Both the position numbers and the translations under genes were made by a program. Source: a virus (lineage: Duplodnaviria > Heunggongvirae > Uroviricota > Caudoviricetes). Taken from it: a DNA stretch of 44,611 nt. A model generated the notes under the pieces. It had not been told where the DNA came from and ran no database searches. It saw only the letters and a program-made list of their open reading frames with translations. Of the stretch, positions 28,757 through 37,098 are shown in pieces (position 1 is the first letter of the stretch; each line of letters starts with the position of its first letter). The stretch covers positions 1 through 44,611 of IMG/VR virus record IMGVR_UViG_2703718850_000006; one strand, written 5' to 3'.

Positions 28757-28906
28757 AGATCAGTAAGCACTTCTCTGATAGGCTCATACCGCTTTTGCGC
28801 AAAGCAGATGGGCCTGAGGTTTGCTTGTGATCCCAACGCATGAGCAGATGGCTGGCAGGTGCCGCTAACACCCACCAGCCGCCCATTACCACAAATTAAA
28901 AAGCCT

Positions 28907-29104
28907 TCACTGCGGAAGGCGTCTGTAACAACCGAACTGATAATCTGCCAGACCCGCCATAACAAGCTGGGTCAGTATTAACTGGCAGCGTTCGCGTGAA
29001 AGGTAAGTATTCTGCGCAATTTCCCCGACGGTCGCCGGTTCGGTGACGCTTAATTCATTAAATACCACTCTGGCAGTTTCGGTCATATCCTGCTGTTTTA
29101 GCAT
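28907..29104 (-). CDS. hypothetical small protein (65 aa), possible DNA-binding
   Basis: Internal start of ORF 28907..29329 (MLKQQDMTETARV...); a terminator hairpin lies inside the longer ORF's N-terminal extension. Confidence 0.4.
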   Translation of the reverse strand: MLKQQDMTETARVVFNELSVTEPATVGEIAQNTYLSRERCQLILTQLVMAGLADYQFGCYRRLPQ

Positions 29105-29223
29105 GCCTTTTTCCCTTTCCCGGTTAACGTGACATACCAATAACTCTTGTCGAAAAAGCCAGCAAGCTGAAAGACCGGTATTCGCAACCACCAGCGCATT
29201 TAACGTCCCGTGTCGTTTTTCGG

Positions 29224-29248
29224 GCACAAAAAACCCGCCAAACGGCGG
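29224..29248 (-). terminator. rho-independent terminator (candidate tR-prime)
   Basis: Minus-strand CCCGCC-GTTT-GGCGGG followed by TTTTTTGTG. Confidence 0.6.
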
Positions 29249-29281
29249 GTTTAAGGAAGGAGTCGAAGCAACCACTCTTAA

Positions 29282-29309
29282 CATCATAATTGAATTTTTA
29301 CGTACGTAA
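29282..29309 (-). promoter_or_regulatory. candidate sigma-70 promoter (possible late promoter) with palindrome over the -35
   Basis: Minus-strand TTTACG-N16-TATGAT; 14-bp perfect palindrome TTTACGTACGTAAA. Confidence 0.4.
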
Positions 29310-29614
29310 ACCACAAATACGCCACTCAAATGTTAATGCCATATAACAAAACAAAACATACGAATAACACATATTACATCAAATACATCATTGTTATTTT
29401 TCAATGAAAAATGAGTAAATAATGTATTTCATTAATTAAATTCCGCATTACACAAAAATATCGACAAATTATACCAACGCGCATAAATGAGATCTTGATC
29501 ATATTATCAATCACTAAATTAAACTTGCCTCTTGAAATAACCACATTGATTAGATGAATATTTGTCGCGCAGTGACATCATTTTTTAAAAATAGTTCAAA
29601 AAAAAGGGTTCGTG

Positions 29615-30718
29615 ATGAAAAAATTAACGGTGGCAATTTCTGCTGTGGCTGCATCAGTACTGATGGCGATGTCTGCTCAGGCAGCAGAGATTTATAATAA
29701 AGACAGCAACAAGTTGGATCTGTACGGAAAAGTTAATGCTAAGCACTACTTCTCCTCTAACGATGCAAATGATGGCGACACAACTTATGCTCGTCTGGGT
29801 TTCAAAGGCGAAACTCAGATCAACGATCAACTGACTGGTTTCGGTCAGTGGGAATATGAATTCAAAGGAAACCGTACTGAAGAACAGGGAGCAGCCAAAG
29901 ATAAAACCCGTCTTGCATTTGCAGGGCTTAAATTCGGTGACTACGGCTCCGTCGATTACGGTCGTAACTACGGTGTAGCATACGATATCGGTGCATGGAC
30001 TGACGTTCTGCCAGAATTCGGTGGAGATACCTGGACCCAAACAGATGTATTCATGACTGGTCGCACCACTGGTGTTGCAACTTATCGTAACAACGACTTC
30101 TTTGGTCTGGTTGATGGTCTGAATTTTGCTGCACAGTACCAGGGTAAGAATAATCATGATCGTAGTAGCTTAGATAACTACACCAAAGGCAATGGCGATG
30201 GTTTTGGTTTCTCTGCGACCTATGAATACGAAGGTTTCGGCATTGGTGCAACGTATGCGAAATCTGATCGTACCGACACTCAAGTCAAATTGGGTAAACT
30301 TCTCCCAGGAGTATTTGCTTCCGGCGAAAATGCAGAAGTCTGGGCTGCAGGTCTGAAATACGACGCAAACAACGTTTATCTGGCAACAACCTATTCAGAA
30401 ACCCAGAATATGACTAAATTCGCAGATTACTTTGTGGCTAATAAAGCACAAAACTTCGAAGCTGTTGCACAATATCAGTTCGATTTCGGTCTGCGTCCGT
30501 CTGTTGCTTATCTGCAATCAAAAGGTAAAGATCTTGGCATTTTTGGTGACCAAGATTTAGTCAAATATGTTGATGTTGGCGCAACTTATTATTTCAACAA
30601 AAATATGTCTACCTTCGTTGATTACAAAATCAACCTGCTTGACAAAAATGACTTTACTAAAGCTCTTGGTGTAAACACTGACGATATCGTTGCTGTAGGT
30701 ATGGTATACCAGTTCTAA
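29615..30718 (+). CDS. nmpC: outer-membrane porin, NmpC/OmpD-like (OmpC family)
   Basis: ORF 29612..30718 trimmed to ATG; signal peptide [23 protein letters not shown] and general-porin hallmarks; opposite strand between Q and late genes as in DLP12. Confidence 0.85.
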   Translation: MKKLTVAISAVAASVLMAMSAQAAEIYNKDSNKLDLYGKVNAKHYFSSNDANDGDTTYARLGFKGETQINDQLTGFGQWEYEFKGNRTEEQGAAKDKTRLAFAGLKFGDYGSVDYGRNYGVAYDIGAWTDVLPEFGGDTWTQTDVFMTGRTTGVATYRNNDFFGLVDGLNFAAQYQGKNNHDRSSLDNYTKGNGDGFGFSATYEYEGFGIGATYAKSDRTDTQVKLGKLLPGVFASGENAEVWAAGLKYDANNVYLATTYSETQNMTKFADYFVANKAQNFEAVAQYQFDFGLRPSVAYLQSKGKDLGIFGDQDLVKYVDVGATYYFNKNMSTFVDYKINLLDKNDFTKALGVNTDDIVAVGMVYQF

Positions 30719-30737
30719 TCTGGTTAATAAAGGATAT

Positions 30738-30762
30738 GCTGAGAAGGTTTTATCTTCTCAGC
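30738..30762. other. 9-bp stem-loop between porin stop and Q stop
   Basis: gctgagaag-gttttat-cttctcagc. Confidence 0.4.
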
Positions 30763-30856
30763 ATATAAGTGGCTCCCTCAAGCCACTTCTTTAAGAAGCA
30801 TTAGAGCCCTGCTTCTTACTATCTAAACTTTCTGTTATATATTACCCTTTATCTTG

Positions 30857-30884
30857 GGGGTGTTTTTACGCCCCATTTTTTATT
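30857..30884 (+). terminator. rho-independent terminator downstream of porin
   Basis: ggggtg-ttttta-cgcccc followed by attttttatt. Confidence 0.55.
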
Positions 30885-30898
30885 AAAAAATAATCGTA

Positions 30899-31282
30899 TT
30901 AATTAAGCTTAGTAACATCAATATCCATCTCTAAGCAAATGTCTAATGCCATTAACATACCTTCGATTATTCCCTCTGCTTTCTGTAACCTTTTCCCGAT
31001 ATACCCATCAGAGCAATTATGCTTCCGCGCCAGCATCATAAACGTCATCCCACCAACATAATAATCCACCAGCAAATCATGTAAGCCATTGTTGCTCTTT
31101 TTCAGACAGGCCATACATCCACAAATGATCATCGCGTCATCGTCACAGCATTGCGGACGAGATCTTACTTTTGAAGGAATTAATCCCTTAAAACCGGCGG
31201 CAACGGACGACCAGGTCACATCTTCATGATTATTAGCCGCCCACGCTCCCCAACGCTCAAGAACCATCTGAATATCACGCAT
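30899..31282 (-). CDS. Q: late antiterminator Q (QuuD-like)
   Basis: 127-aa [25 protein letters not shown]...; matches the DLP12 QuuD/YbcQ antiterminator family as I recall it. Confidence 0.8.
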   Translation of the reverse strand: MRDIQMVLERWGAWAANNHEDVTWSSVAAGFKGLIPSKVRSRPQCCDDDAMIICGCMACLKKSNNGLHDLLVDYYVGGMTFMMLARKHNCSDGYIGKRLQKAEGIIEGMLMALDICLEMDIDVTKLN

Positions 31283-31539
31283 CAGCGCAGTACCTCCTGC
31301 ACCAGTTTTTCAAACTTTCCAACTTTGGTTTCCAGCTCTGCCACACAATCCACCAGTTCATCCACTGCTTTTTGTGCGCGGTGTTTCGCCTGCATCAGTT
31401 CCCTGAGCGCTGGCACCATATCCCGACGAATGGCATCTTTTGTTACACCTGTTTTTTCCAGTTGTTCCGCCTGTCGCAACATTTCCTGTGCCTGTTTACG
31501 TAATTGTTCAGGGGTAAAAGTCATTATCTGGTTGTTCAA
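31282..31539 (-). CDS. hypothetical protein (85 aa, predicted helical)
   Basis: ORF translationally coupled to Q (ATGA); overlaps the 3' end of the DnaB-like gene. Confidence 0.45.
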   Translation of the reverse strand: MNNQIMTFTPEQLRKQAQEMLRQAEQLEKTGVTKDAIRRDMVPALRELMQAKHRAQKAVDELVDCVAELETKVGKFEKLVQEVLR

Positions 31540-32935
31540 AAGAAACGCTCCATCTTCTGCTGTCAGTTCTTTTATTGCTGTATCTACGCGGCTGGGGCTG
31601 CTGCATTGGGGTGGAAAGAATCTGTGCGCTTTCCTGGTCTACGGGCAGAAAATGTCCGTTATAAAAACGCCGGTAAATCGTCCCCAGAGAACCGTTACGT
31701 TGTTTCGTGATATTGATTTCTGCAATGCCTCTGGCCTGCGTATCCGGGTTGTACACTTCATCCCTGTAAAGCATCAGAATGATGTCTGCATCCGCCTCTA
31801 TTTCTCCGGAATTTTTCAGGTCTGAGTTCATGGGACGTTTATTTGGTCTGGACTCCACACCGCGGGAGAGCTGACTCAGCGCAATCAACGGAAAACCACC
31901 GGATTTTGCCAGGCCTTTAAGCCCCTTTGAGATTTCACCCACGGCAAGGTCATGACGCCCCGTGGTTCGGGTTTTTATCAGCCCGAGATAATCAACCACC
32001 ACCAGTGCCGTTTCCGGATGTTTAATCAAATGGTGTTTCGTTGTTACGCATATCTCGTCAATGGTCAGGTTCGCCTGGTCCACCATCCAGATATTGCGCC
32101 CGGTCATCCGCCCCACCCCTTGTGAGAAACGCGCCCAGTCTTCGTCTTCAAAGTGAGCGACAGATTTCAGACGTGATACCGGCATTCCTCCAGCCGCAGA
32201 TACCATGCGCTCACCAATCTGGATGTTCGCCATTTCCATTGTGAACAGAAGAACACCATGCCCCTGCTCAGTCACCTTGTCGATGATATCCAGCGCCAGT
32301 TCTGTTTTCCCCATCGAAGGGCGCGCCGCGATGAATATCAGGTCTCCTGGCTCCATGCCGCCTGTTTTTGCATCCAGTTCATCAATACCGGTCATCAACG
32401 TCCTGGATTTCTCCAGCCCCTGATTCCGGCATTCAACACGGTCAACCACCTCCGGAAGCACATCATCAATATGTACCGGCTGAATAATGCCCTTTTCCGT
32501 CGACAATGAGGCCATCATGTTTTGCGCATCCTTCAGGGCATCTTCAGCTGCTTCACAGGTATGCGCATCGCGTAATTTCTGCAATGCTTCGGCCAGTGTT
32601 TTTTCTGCATCACGCAGTGCGGCATTGCGTCGCAGTGCTGCAACATAGTGTTCCAGAGATGACTTCACCCAGGTTTTACGCCCGGTATCAGTAATCACCG
32701 GGGCAAGTTCCGGCATCTCATTGCACAACAGCACAGGATCAATCACGCCGGACACACGGGCCTGTCTGCAGATGCCTGTGTAGATATCCCGGTACGGTCG
32801 TACAGAAAAAACGTCCGCCGGTAGTGTGACCAGAATATCCATCACTTCCGGATCTGCCCCACGCAAAAAGAATGCGCCAATAACAGCACCTTCCAGATCA
32901 TCGTTACGCCAGACCGGGCTTTTCTGGCTGATCAT
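31508..32935 (-). CDS. replicative DNA helicase, DnaB family
   Basis: 475-aa ORF with Walker A ARPSMGKT and DnaB-type C-terminal RecA fold motifs. Confidence 0.9.
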   Translation of the reverse strand: MISQKSPVWRNDDLEGAVIGAFFLRGADPEVMDILVTLPADVFSVRPYRDIYTGICRQARVSGVIDPVLLCNEMPELAPVITDTGRKTWVKSSLEHYVAALRRNAALRDAEKTLAEALQKLRDAHTCEAAEDALKDAQNMMASLSTEKGIIQPVHIDDVLPEVVDRVECRNQGLEKSRTLMTGIDELDAKTGGMEPGDLIFIAARPSMGKTELALDIIDKVTEQGHGVLLFTMEMANIQIGERMVSAAGGMPVSRLKSVAHFEDEDWARFSQGVGRMTGRNIWMVDQANLTIDEICVTTKHHLIKHPETALVVVDYLGLIKTRTTGRHDLAVGEISKGLKGLAKSGGFPLIALSQLSRGVESRPNKRPMNSDLKNSGEIEADADIILMLYRDEVYNPDTQARGIAEINITKQRNGSLGTIYRRFYNGHFLPVDQESAQILSTPMQQPQPRRYSNKRTDSRRWSVSFEQPDNDFYP

Positions 32936-33819
32936 GCTGCCACACCTCCGGCATGTGCACGGTAGCTGGGCCAGTTAAAGGACAACAGGTTACGGCCACC
33001 ATCCGTAACCCTGTCAGCAATACGTGGACTGATGTATGCCCACAACGCCTTCGGTGAAAGATTGCTGATCAGGATGGTTGGCAGAATGCTTTCGTACCGG
33101 GCATTGATAATTTCCTGAAGAATGGCCATTTCCGCCGCGCTACCAAACTGGACACCCACTTCGTCGATAATCAGCAGATCCAGTGATGCATAATGCTCAA
33201 TCACCTCATCCGCAGTTTTTTCGCTGTCATTCCGCCAGCAGTTTTTCACAGCCCGGGTCAGGCGCATCACGTCGGTGATCTCAACACTGGCGAGATAGTT
33301 GCGGATGACATATTTTGCCATCGCAACCGCCAGGTGATTTTTCCCGGTGCCACAACTGCCAGTCAGCACGAGATTTGTGCCGTTCTCCAGAACATCCGCC
33401 CAGTTTTCGGCATAGCGACGACAGGCAGCAAGATTTCTGGCTGCGTCAGGATTAATCTCCTGATAGTTTTCAAACTCACAGTCACGAAAACGCAGTGCAA
33501 TTCCGGCGTTATCAGTCAGTTCTTCCGCCTTCAGGGACGACAACTCCATAATCACATCGTTGATTTCAGCACTCAGGCAGTGAGGGCAGTGTGAAATTTT
33601 CTCTCTGTCCTCGCCATTACGATCCCCCCACACCAGAATATGCGTGTGATATTCGCCATGTTTTTCGCAATATCCGCGACCTTCACGCATCCGGCAGGAA
33701 CGATAAGGCCACGGTTTTTCCCCAGTCTCCGCAAACGCCATCTCAGACCGTAACTCATCCATCCGCGCCTGTAGTCTTGTTTGTTGTTCACGCAGGTTAA
33801 ACGTCATCATCGCTGTCAC
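32932..33819 (-). CDS. helicase loader, DnaC/IstB-like AAA+ ATPase
   Basis: 295-aa ORF with Walker A GSCGTGKNHLA and Walker B LLIIDEVG; ATGA-coupled to DnaB-like gene. Confidence 0.85.
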   Translation of the reverse strand: MTAMMTFNLREQQTRLQARMDELRSEMAFAETGEKPWPYRSCRMREGRGYCEKHGEYHTHILVWGDRNGEDREKISHCPHCLSAEINDVIMELSSLKAEELTDNAGIALRFRDCEFENYQEINPDAARNLAACRRYAENWADVLENGTNLVLTGSCGTGKNHLAVAMAKYVIRNYLASVEITDVMRLTRAVKNCWRNDSEKTADEVIEHYASLDLLIIDEVGVQFGSAAEMAILQEIINARYESILPTILISNLSPKALWAYISPRIADRVTDGGRNLLSFNWPSYRAHAGGVAA

Positions 33820-33820
33820 C

Positions 33821-34813
33821 TCAGAATGTTAAGTTGTCACTGGATTTACCGAATTCGTCAGACATGGCACCAAGACCAGACAGGATATCTATCTGTCGCT
33901 GTCGCCCACCTCCGGGAGCGGCTGGCTGTTGCCAGAAATCTTCGAAGTGACGATCGGGTCCAAAGAACGTCGCAGCCTGCTTCACGAACTGTGTGCCGGT
34001 ATTTCCTGTGACACGTACCCAGGCGGCATAACGCCTCACGCCATCAAGCATGGTTTCGGGTGTCACACCTTCCCTGATTCGGGCTTTCCAGGCTTTGAAG
34101 GCTGCCGACTTGGAATTACCACCAGCACGTTTGGGATATTCCTGCCAGGCCTGTTCAAATTCTGGTGAATATTCCTGTCGGGCAGAACGCGCTGGTGCAG
34201 ACGCGTCAGCGGATGCGCCAATAGTGTTTTTAGTCTCCGTTGTAATCTCTGTAGTAATCTCTGTATTTGTATCAACATTCGGCGTATCCCCTGTTCCGTT
34301 ATGACGTTGGGGGGTGTTCCGTTTTAACGTAATAGCTGTGTCGCTGACTGTGTTATTGCTGTTGCTTTCTGACGAAACAGAAGAAGGTGTGGTGATGGCA
34401 GCAATTGCCTGTGGGTTGATCCCGACAAACAAAATATTGCTGCATTTCACCCCGTCTAGCATTTCCACCGTGCGTAAATCCAGAGTAATAAACCCGGCAT
34501 CGCGAAGACGCTTCAGCGCATCTGCGGTTTCCCTTTTCCCAAAACCAAACTGCTCAGCAAACGCCTGATAGCTTCTTTGCAGCTTGTCACCCTGAAAACG
34601 CTTGCGATATCCCAGTAAAGCCCCGGTATGCTCATCCCGGACTTCTGTCGGGCGGTACCAATAAACGATCTCTGAGAGCAGGGCGATAGCGGTCGCATCC
34701 GGACGACCACTGGGTAGCCGAATATGTTTCCACCAGTTCGCTGGTGTGACATTGCCGGAAATATTAATTTGACCAATAGCTATAACTTCCGGTGTGGGGG
34801 CGTAACGACTCAT
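33821..34813 (-). CDS. replication initiation protein (O-like replisome organiser)
   Basis: 330-aa ORF at the O position; winged-helix-like N-terminus; internal direct repeats. Confidence 0.65.
   Translation of the reverse strand: MSRYAPTPEVIAIGQINISGNVTPANWWKHIRLPSGRPDATAIALLSEIVYWYRPTEVRDEHTGALLGYRKRFQGDKLQRSYQAFAEQFGFGKRETADALKRLRDAGFITLDLRTVEMLDGVKCSNILFVGINPQAIAAITTPSSVSSESNSNNTVSDTAITLKRNTPQRHNGTGDTPNVDTNTEITTEITTETKNTIGASADASAPARSARQEYSPEFEQAWQEYPKRAGGNSKSAAFKAWKARIREGVTPETMLDGVRRYAAWVRVTGNTGTQFVKQAATFFGPDRHFEDFWQQPAAPGGGRQRQIDILSGLGAMSDEFGKSSDNLTF
34230..34277. repeat. iteron-like direct repeats inside the O-like gene (candidate origin)
   Basis: Tandem GTAATCTCTGTA x2 perfect plus flanking degenerate copies; encodes ...TEITTEITTE... 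Confidence 0.5.
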
Positions 34814-35109
34814 ACAGCCTCCTTACGCGGCATAACAATGGTGTAACCCCGGGCAGGCTGGAACCGGGCTTTTGCATCAATAGTGAGCGTTGCAATTTTT
34901 CGGATACGCAGATACCCCGCCCTTTCCAGGGCCAGGGTTTCTCTGAACATTGCCTGTTTTGAACAGCAACAAAAATCGGCAAGGACCTGGTGATCAATAA
35001 CCCTCTCACCTTCACCGTCTGAAGAACCCGACATCAAAACACGCAACATAATCAGGCGCTGAATCGGATTATCGAAAACACTTCCGCATACAAACTGAAA
35101 ACAGTTCAC
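34810..35109 (-). CDS. hypothetical protein (99 aa)
   Basis: ORF ATGA-coupled to O-like gene. Confidence 0.5.
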   Translation of the reverse strand: MNCFQFVCGSVFDNPIQRLIMLRVLMSGSSDGEGERVIDHQVLADFCCCSKQAMFRETLALERAGYLRIRKIATLTIDAKARFQPARGYTIVMPRKEAV

Positions 35110-35330
35110 ACGGCACCTCCCAGGCGTTTAAACATTTTTCCGGACTGAAACACCGCCAGTGGGTAGCTAATGGTGTAGTTACGCCCCAGTAATTCACACA
35201 CAACTTTCTGGTTTTCGGTGCTGACCAGACAAACCCGCAGAACGTGACCGTTGCTGGTGGCGAACCACTGCCCCACACGGGGGCAACGGTTGTATCGGTG
35301 ATACAGGGAATTAACGATGCGGCGAATCAT
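35106..35330 (-). CDS. hypothetical protein (74 aa)
   Basis: ORF ATGA-coupled to downstream gene. Confidence 0.45.
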   Translation of the reverse strand: MIRRIVNSLYHRYNRCPRVGQWFATSNGHVLRVCLVSTENQKVVCELLGRNYTISYPLAVFQSGKMFKRLGGAV

Positions 35331-35560
35331 GGGTACACCTCCCGCACATCAGCCATGAGCATTTTGCTGGCTGTTTCCAGCGCCTGGTCGGCGCTAATTT
35401 GCATGACAGCCAGTGAATGAGGAACAAAAGCACCGGCATATTCTGTTTCACTGGTGGCGTGTTTATGCGCCATATCTGCAATCACAGAAATCTCAATCAA
35501 CGCATCCATCAGTGTCCTGATAACTGCAACGGTTGTATCCGGACGAGTGTTATTGCGCAT
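35327..35560 (-). CDS. hypothetical protein (77 aa)
   Basis: ORF with RBS GGGAGGTG, ATGA-coupled downstream. Confidence 0.5.
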   Translation of the reverse strand: MRNNTRPDTTVAVIRTLMDALIEISVIADMAHKHATSETEYAGAFVPHSLAVMQISADQALETASKMLMADVREVYP

Positions 35561-36215
35561 GGCGCACCTCCCATTGATTACGACAGAAAGTGGAGTGATT
35601 CAGGTGGGTTTCAGCTTCACGGAATGCTTCAATGCAGCTCTCGTAGTACCGCATTGTGCGCAGACTTAACCCAAGCTGAAGCATCATCAGACCATCAAGG
35701 GTGATGTAATAACCTCGCAAAGAGTCACCATAGATGTGATAAGTACCCGGTATGAAATTGCGGGTGAAAAATTCGCGCGAGCAGTTCAGGTACTCGATTT
35801 TGTCGACGATGTTCTGGTGCATGCGCTTGAAATGACAGGCAACATGCAGAGAGAAAATAACGGCCTTGCCGTTGACGACTTCGATTTTGAGGAATGGGGA
35901 AGTTGGGACAGTAGCCATGATGGCAGCCTCCGTATGCAATGGATAACTTCCACCACCGGAGCTGCGAAACTCATGGGTGGTGAACTGAACAGGGTTCGCA
36001 GTACCGGCGCATACGGAAACCGGCGAGCCTTTCGGCTCCCCTGCCCAGCCCACCATAATTCTGGCGTGCGTGAGCGCGGACGATAAAAAAGACGCTGGCG
36101 CGTCATATATCGCCGTATGCAATTCCGGGCTGCGACCCCCGGCACCCGCTTTATAAGGTGCAGAGACAGTGTAACGTTCCAAAAGTGCAGAATCAATATT
36201 CAGGTAGCGGATCAT
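35550..36215 (-). CDS. hypothetical protein, duplicated gene copy A (221 aa)
   Basis: ORF with strong RBS GGGAGGTG; near-identical to copy B over about 200 residues. Confidence 0.6.
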   Translation of the reverse strand: MIRYLNIDSALLERYTVSAPYKAGAGGRSPELHTAIYDAPASFLSSALTHARIMVGWAGEPKGSPVSVCAGTANPVQFTTHEFRSSGGGSYPLHTEAAIMATVPTSPFLKIEVVNGKAVIFSLHVACHFKRMHQNIVDKIEYLNCSREFFTRNFIPGTYHIYGDSLRGYYITLDGLMMLQLGLSLRTMRYYESCIEAFREAETHLNHSTFCRNQWEVRHAQ

Positions 36216-36871
36216 AGGTGCACCTCCCGTTGATGACGACGGAAAGCGGAATGTACCTGGACGGTTTCAGCTTCATGGAATGCATCAATACAGCTCTCGT
36301 AGTACCGCATTGTGCGCAGACTTAACCCAAGCTGAAGCATCATCAGCCCATCAAGGGTGATGTAATAACCACGCAGGGAGTCACCATAGATGTGATAAGT
36401 ACCCGGTATGAAATTGCGGGTAAAAAATTCGCGTGAGCAGTTCAGATACTCGATTTTGTCGACGATGTTCTGGTGCATGCGCTTGAAATGGCAGGCTACA
36501 TGCAGGGAGAAAATAACGGCCTTACCGTTAATAATCTCAATTTTGAGGAATGGGGAAGTTGGGACAGTAGCCATGATGGCAGCCTCCGTATGCAATGGAT
36601 AACTTCCACCACCGGAGGTTCCAATCTCACTGGTGGTGAACTGAACAGGGTTGGAACTACCGGCGCATACGGAAACCGGCGAGCCTTTCGGCTCCCCTGC
36701 CCAGCCCACCATAATTCTGGCGTGCGTGAGCGCGGACGATAAAAAAGACGCTGGCGCGTCGTATATCGCCGTATGCAATTCCGGGGTTCCAATCCCGGCA
36801 CCCGCTTTATAAGGTGCCGGAACAGTGTAACGTCCCGAAATTGCAGAATCAATATGTTGGTTGCGGATCAT
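36212..36871 (-). CDS. hypothetical protein, duplicated gene copy B (about 219 aa)
   Basis: ORF 36212..36892 trimmed to MIRNQ start; ATGA-coupled to copy A. Confidence 0.6.
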   Translation of the reverse strand: MIRNQHIDSAISGRYTVPAPYKAGAGIGTPELHTAIYDAPASFLSSALTHARIMVGWAGEPKGSPVSVCAGSSNPVQFTTSEIGTSGGGSYPLHTEAAIMATVPTSPFLKIEIINGKAVIFSLHVACHFKRMHQNIVDKIEYLNCSREFFTRNFIPGTYHIYGDSLRGYYITLDGLMMLQLGLSLRTMRYYESCIDAFHEAETVQVHSAFRRHQREVHL

Positions 36872-36888
36872 TTTGTACCTACTCGCCG

Positions 36889-37098
36889 TCAATCCGCGTT
36901 TTCGCGCTGATTCCAGTCATGAACAGCACGTTCTTTCGAATCAGGGATCTGGTTTGCGTTACAGCAAGTACATGCGACGTAATAACCATCATCGCCATCC
37001 AGAAAATATTTCACCTCAATGAGTTGTACTTCCGGATTTCCGCAGAACGGGCAAGGTTTCAGATCGACATCACCAGTTACACACGTCTTGGTTTGCAT
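36889..37098 (-). CDS. Lar-family restriction alleviation-like protein (zinc ribbon)
   Basis: 69-aa ORF with KPCPFCG...C.CC motif as I recall it in Rac Lar/RalR. Confidence 0.65.
   Translation of the reverse strand: MQTKTCVTGDVDLKPCPFCGNPEVQLIEVKYFLDGDDGYYVACTCCNANQIPDSKERAVHDWNQRENAD

Noticed and set aside
29105-29329. N-terminal part of ORF 28907..29329
   Set aside because: Contains a strong intrinsic terminator hairpin and reads as non-coding; trimmed to the internal start at 29104
29654-30251. Minus ORFs 29654..30157 and 30051..30251 inside the porin gene
   Set aside because: Antisense to a full-length porin with signal peptide
31226-31825. Plus ORF 31226..31825 (199 aa) and other plus ORFs across 32041..33800
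   Set aside because: Antisense to the Q, DnaB-like and DnaC-like genes, which carry clear catalytic motifs
35736-36852. Plus and alternative-frame ORFs within the duplicated gene pair (35736..36086, 35786..36196, 36473..36742, 36496..36852)
   Set aside because: They recur in both copies only because the DNA is duplicated; the frame with a strong RBS and translational coupling was preferred
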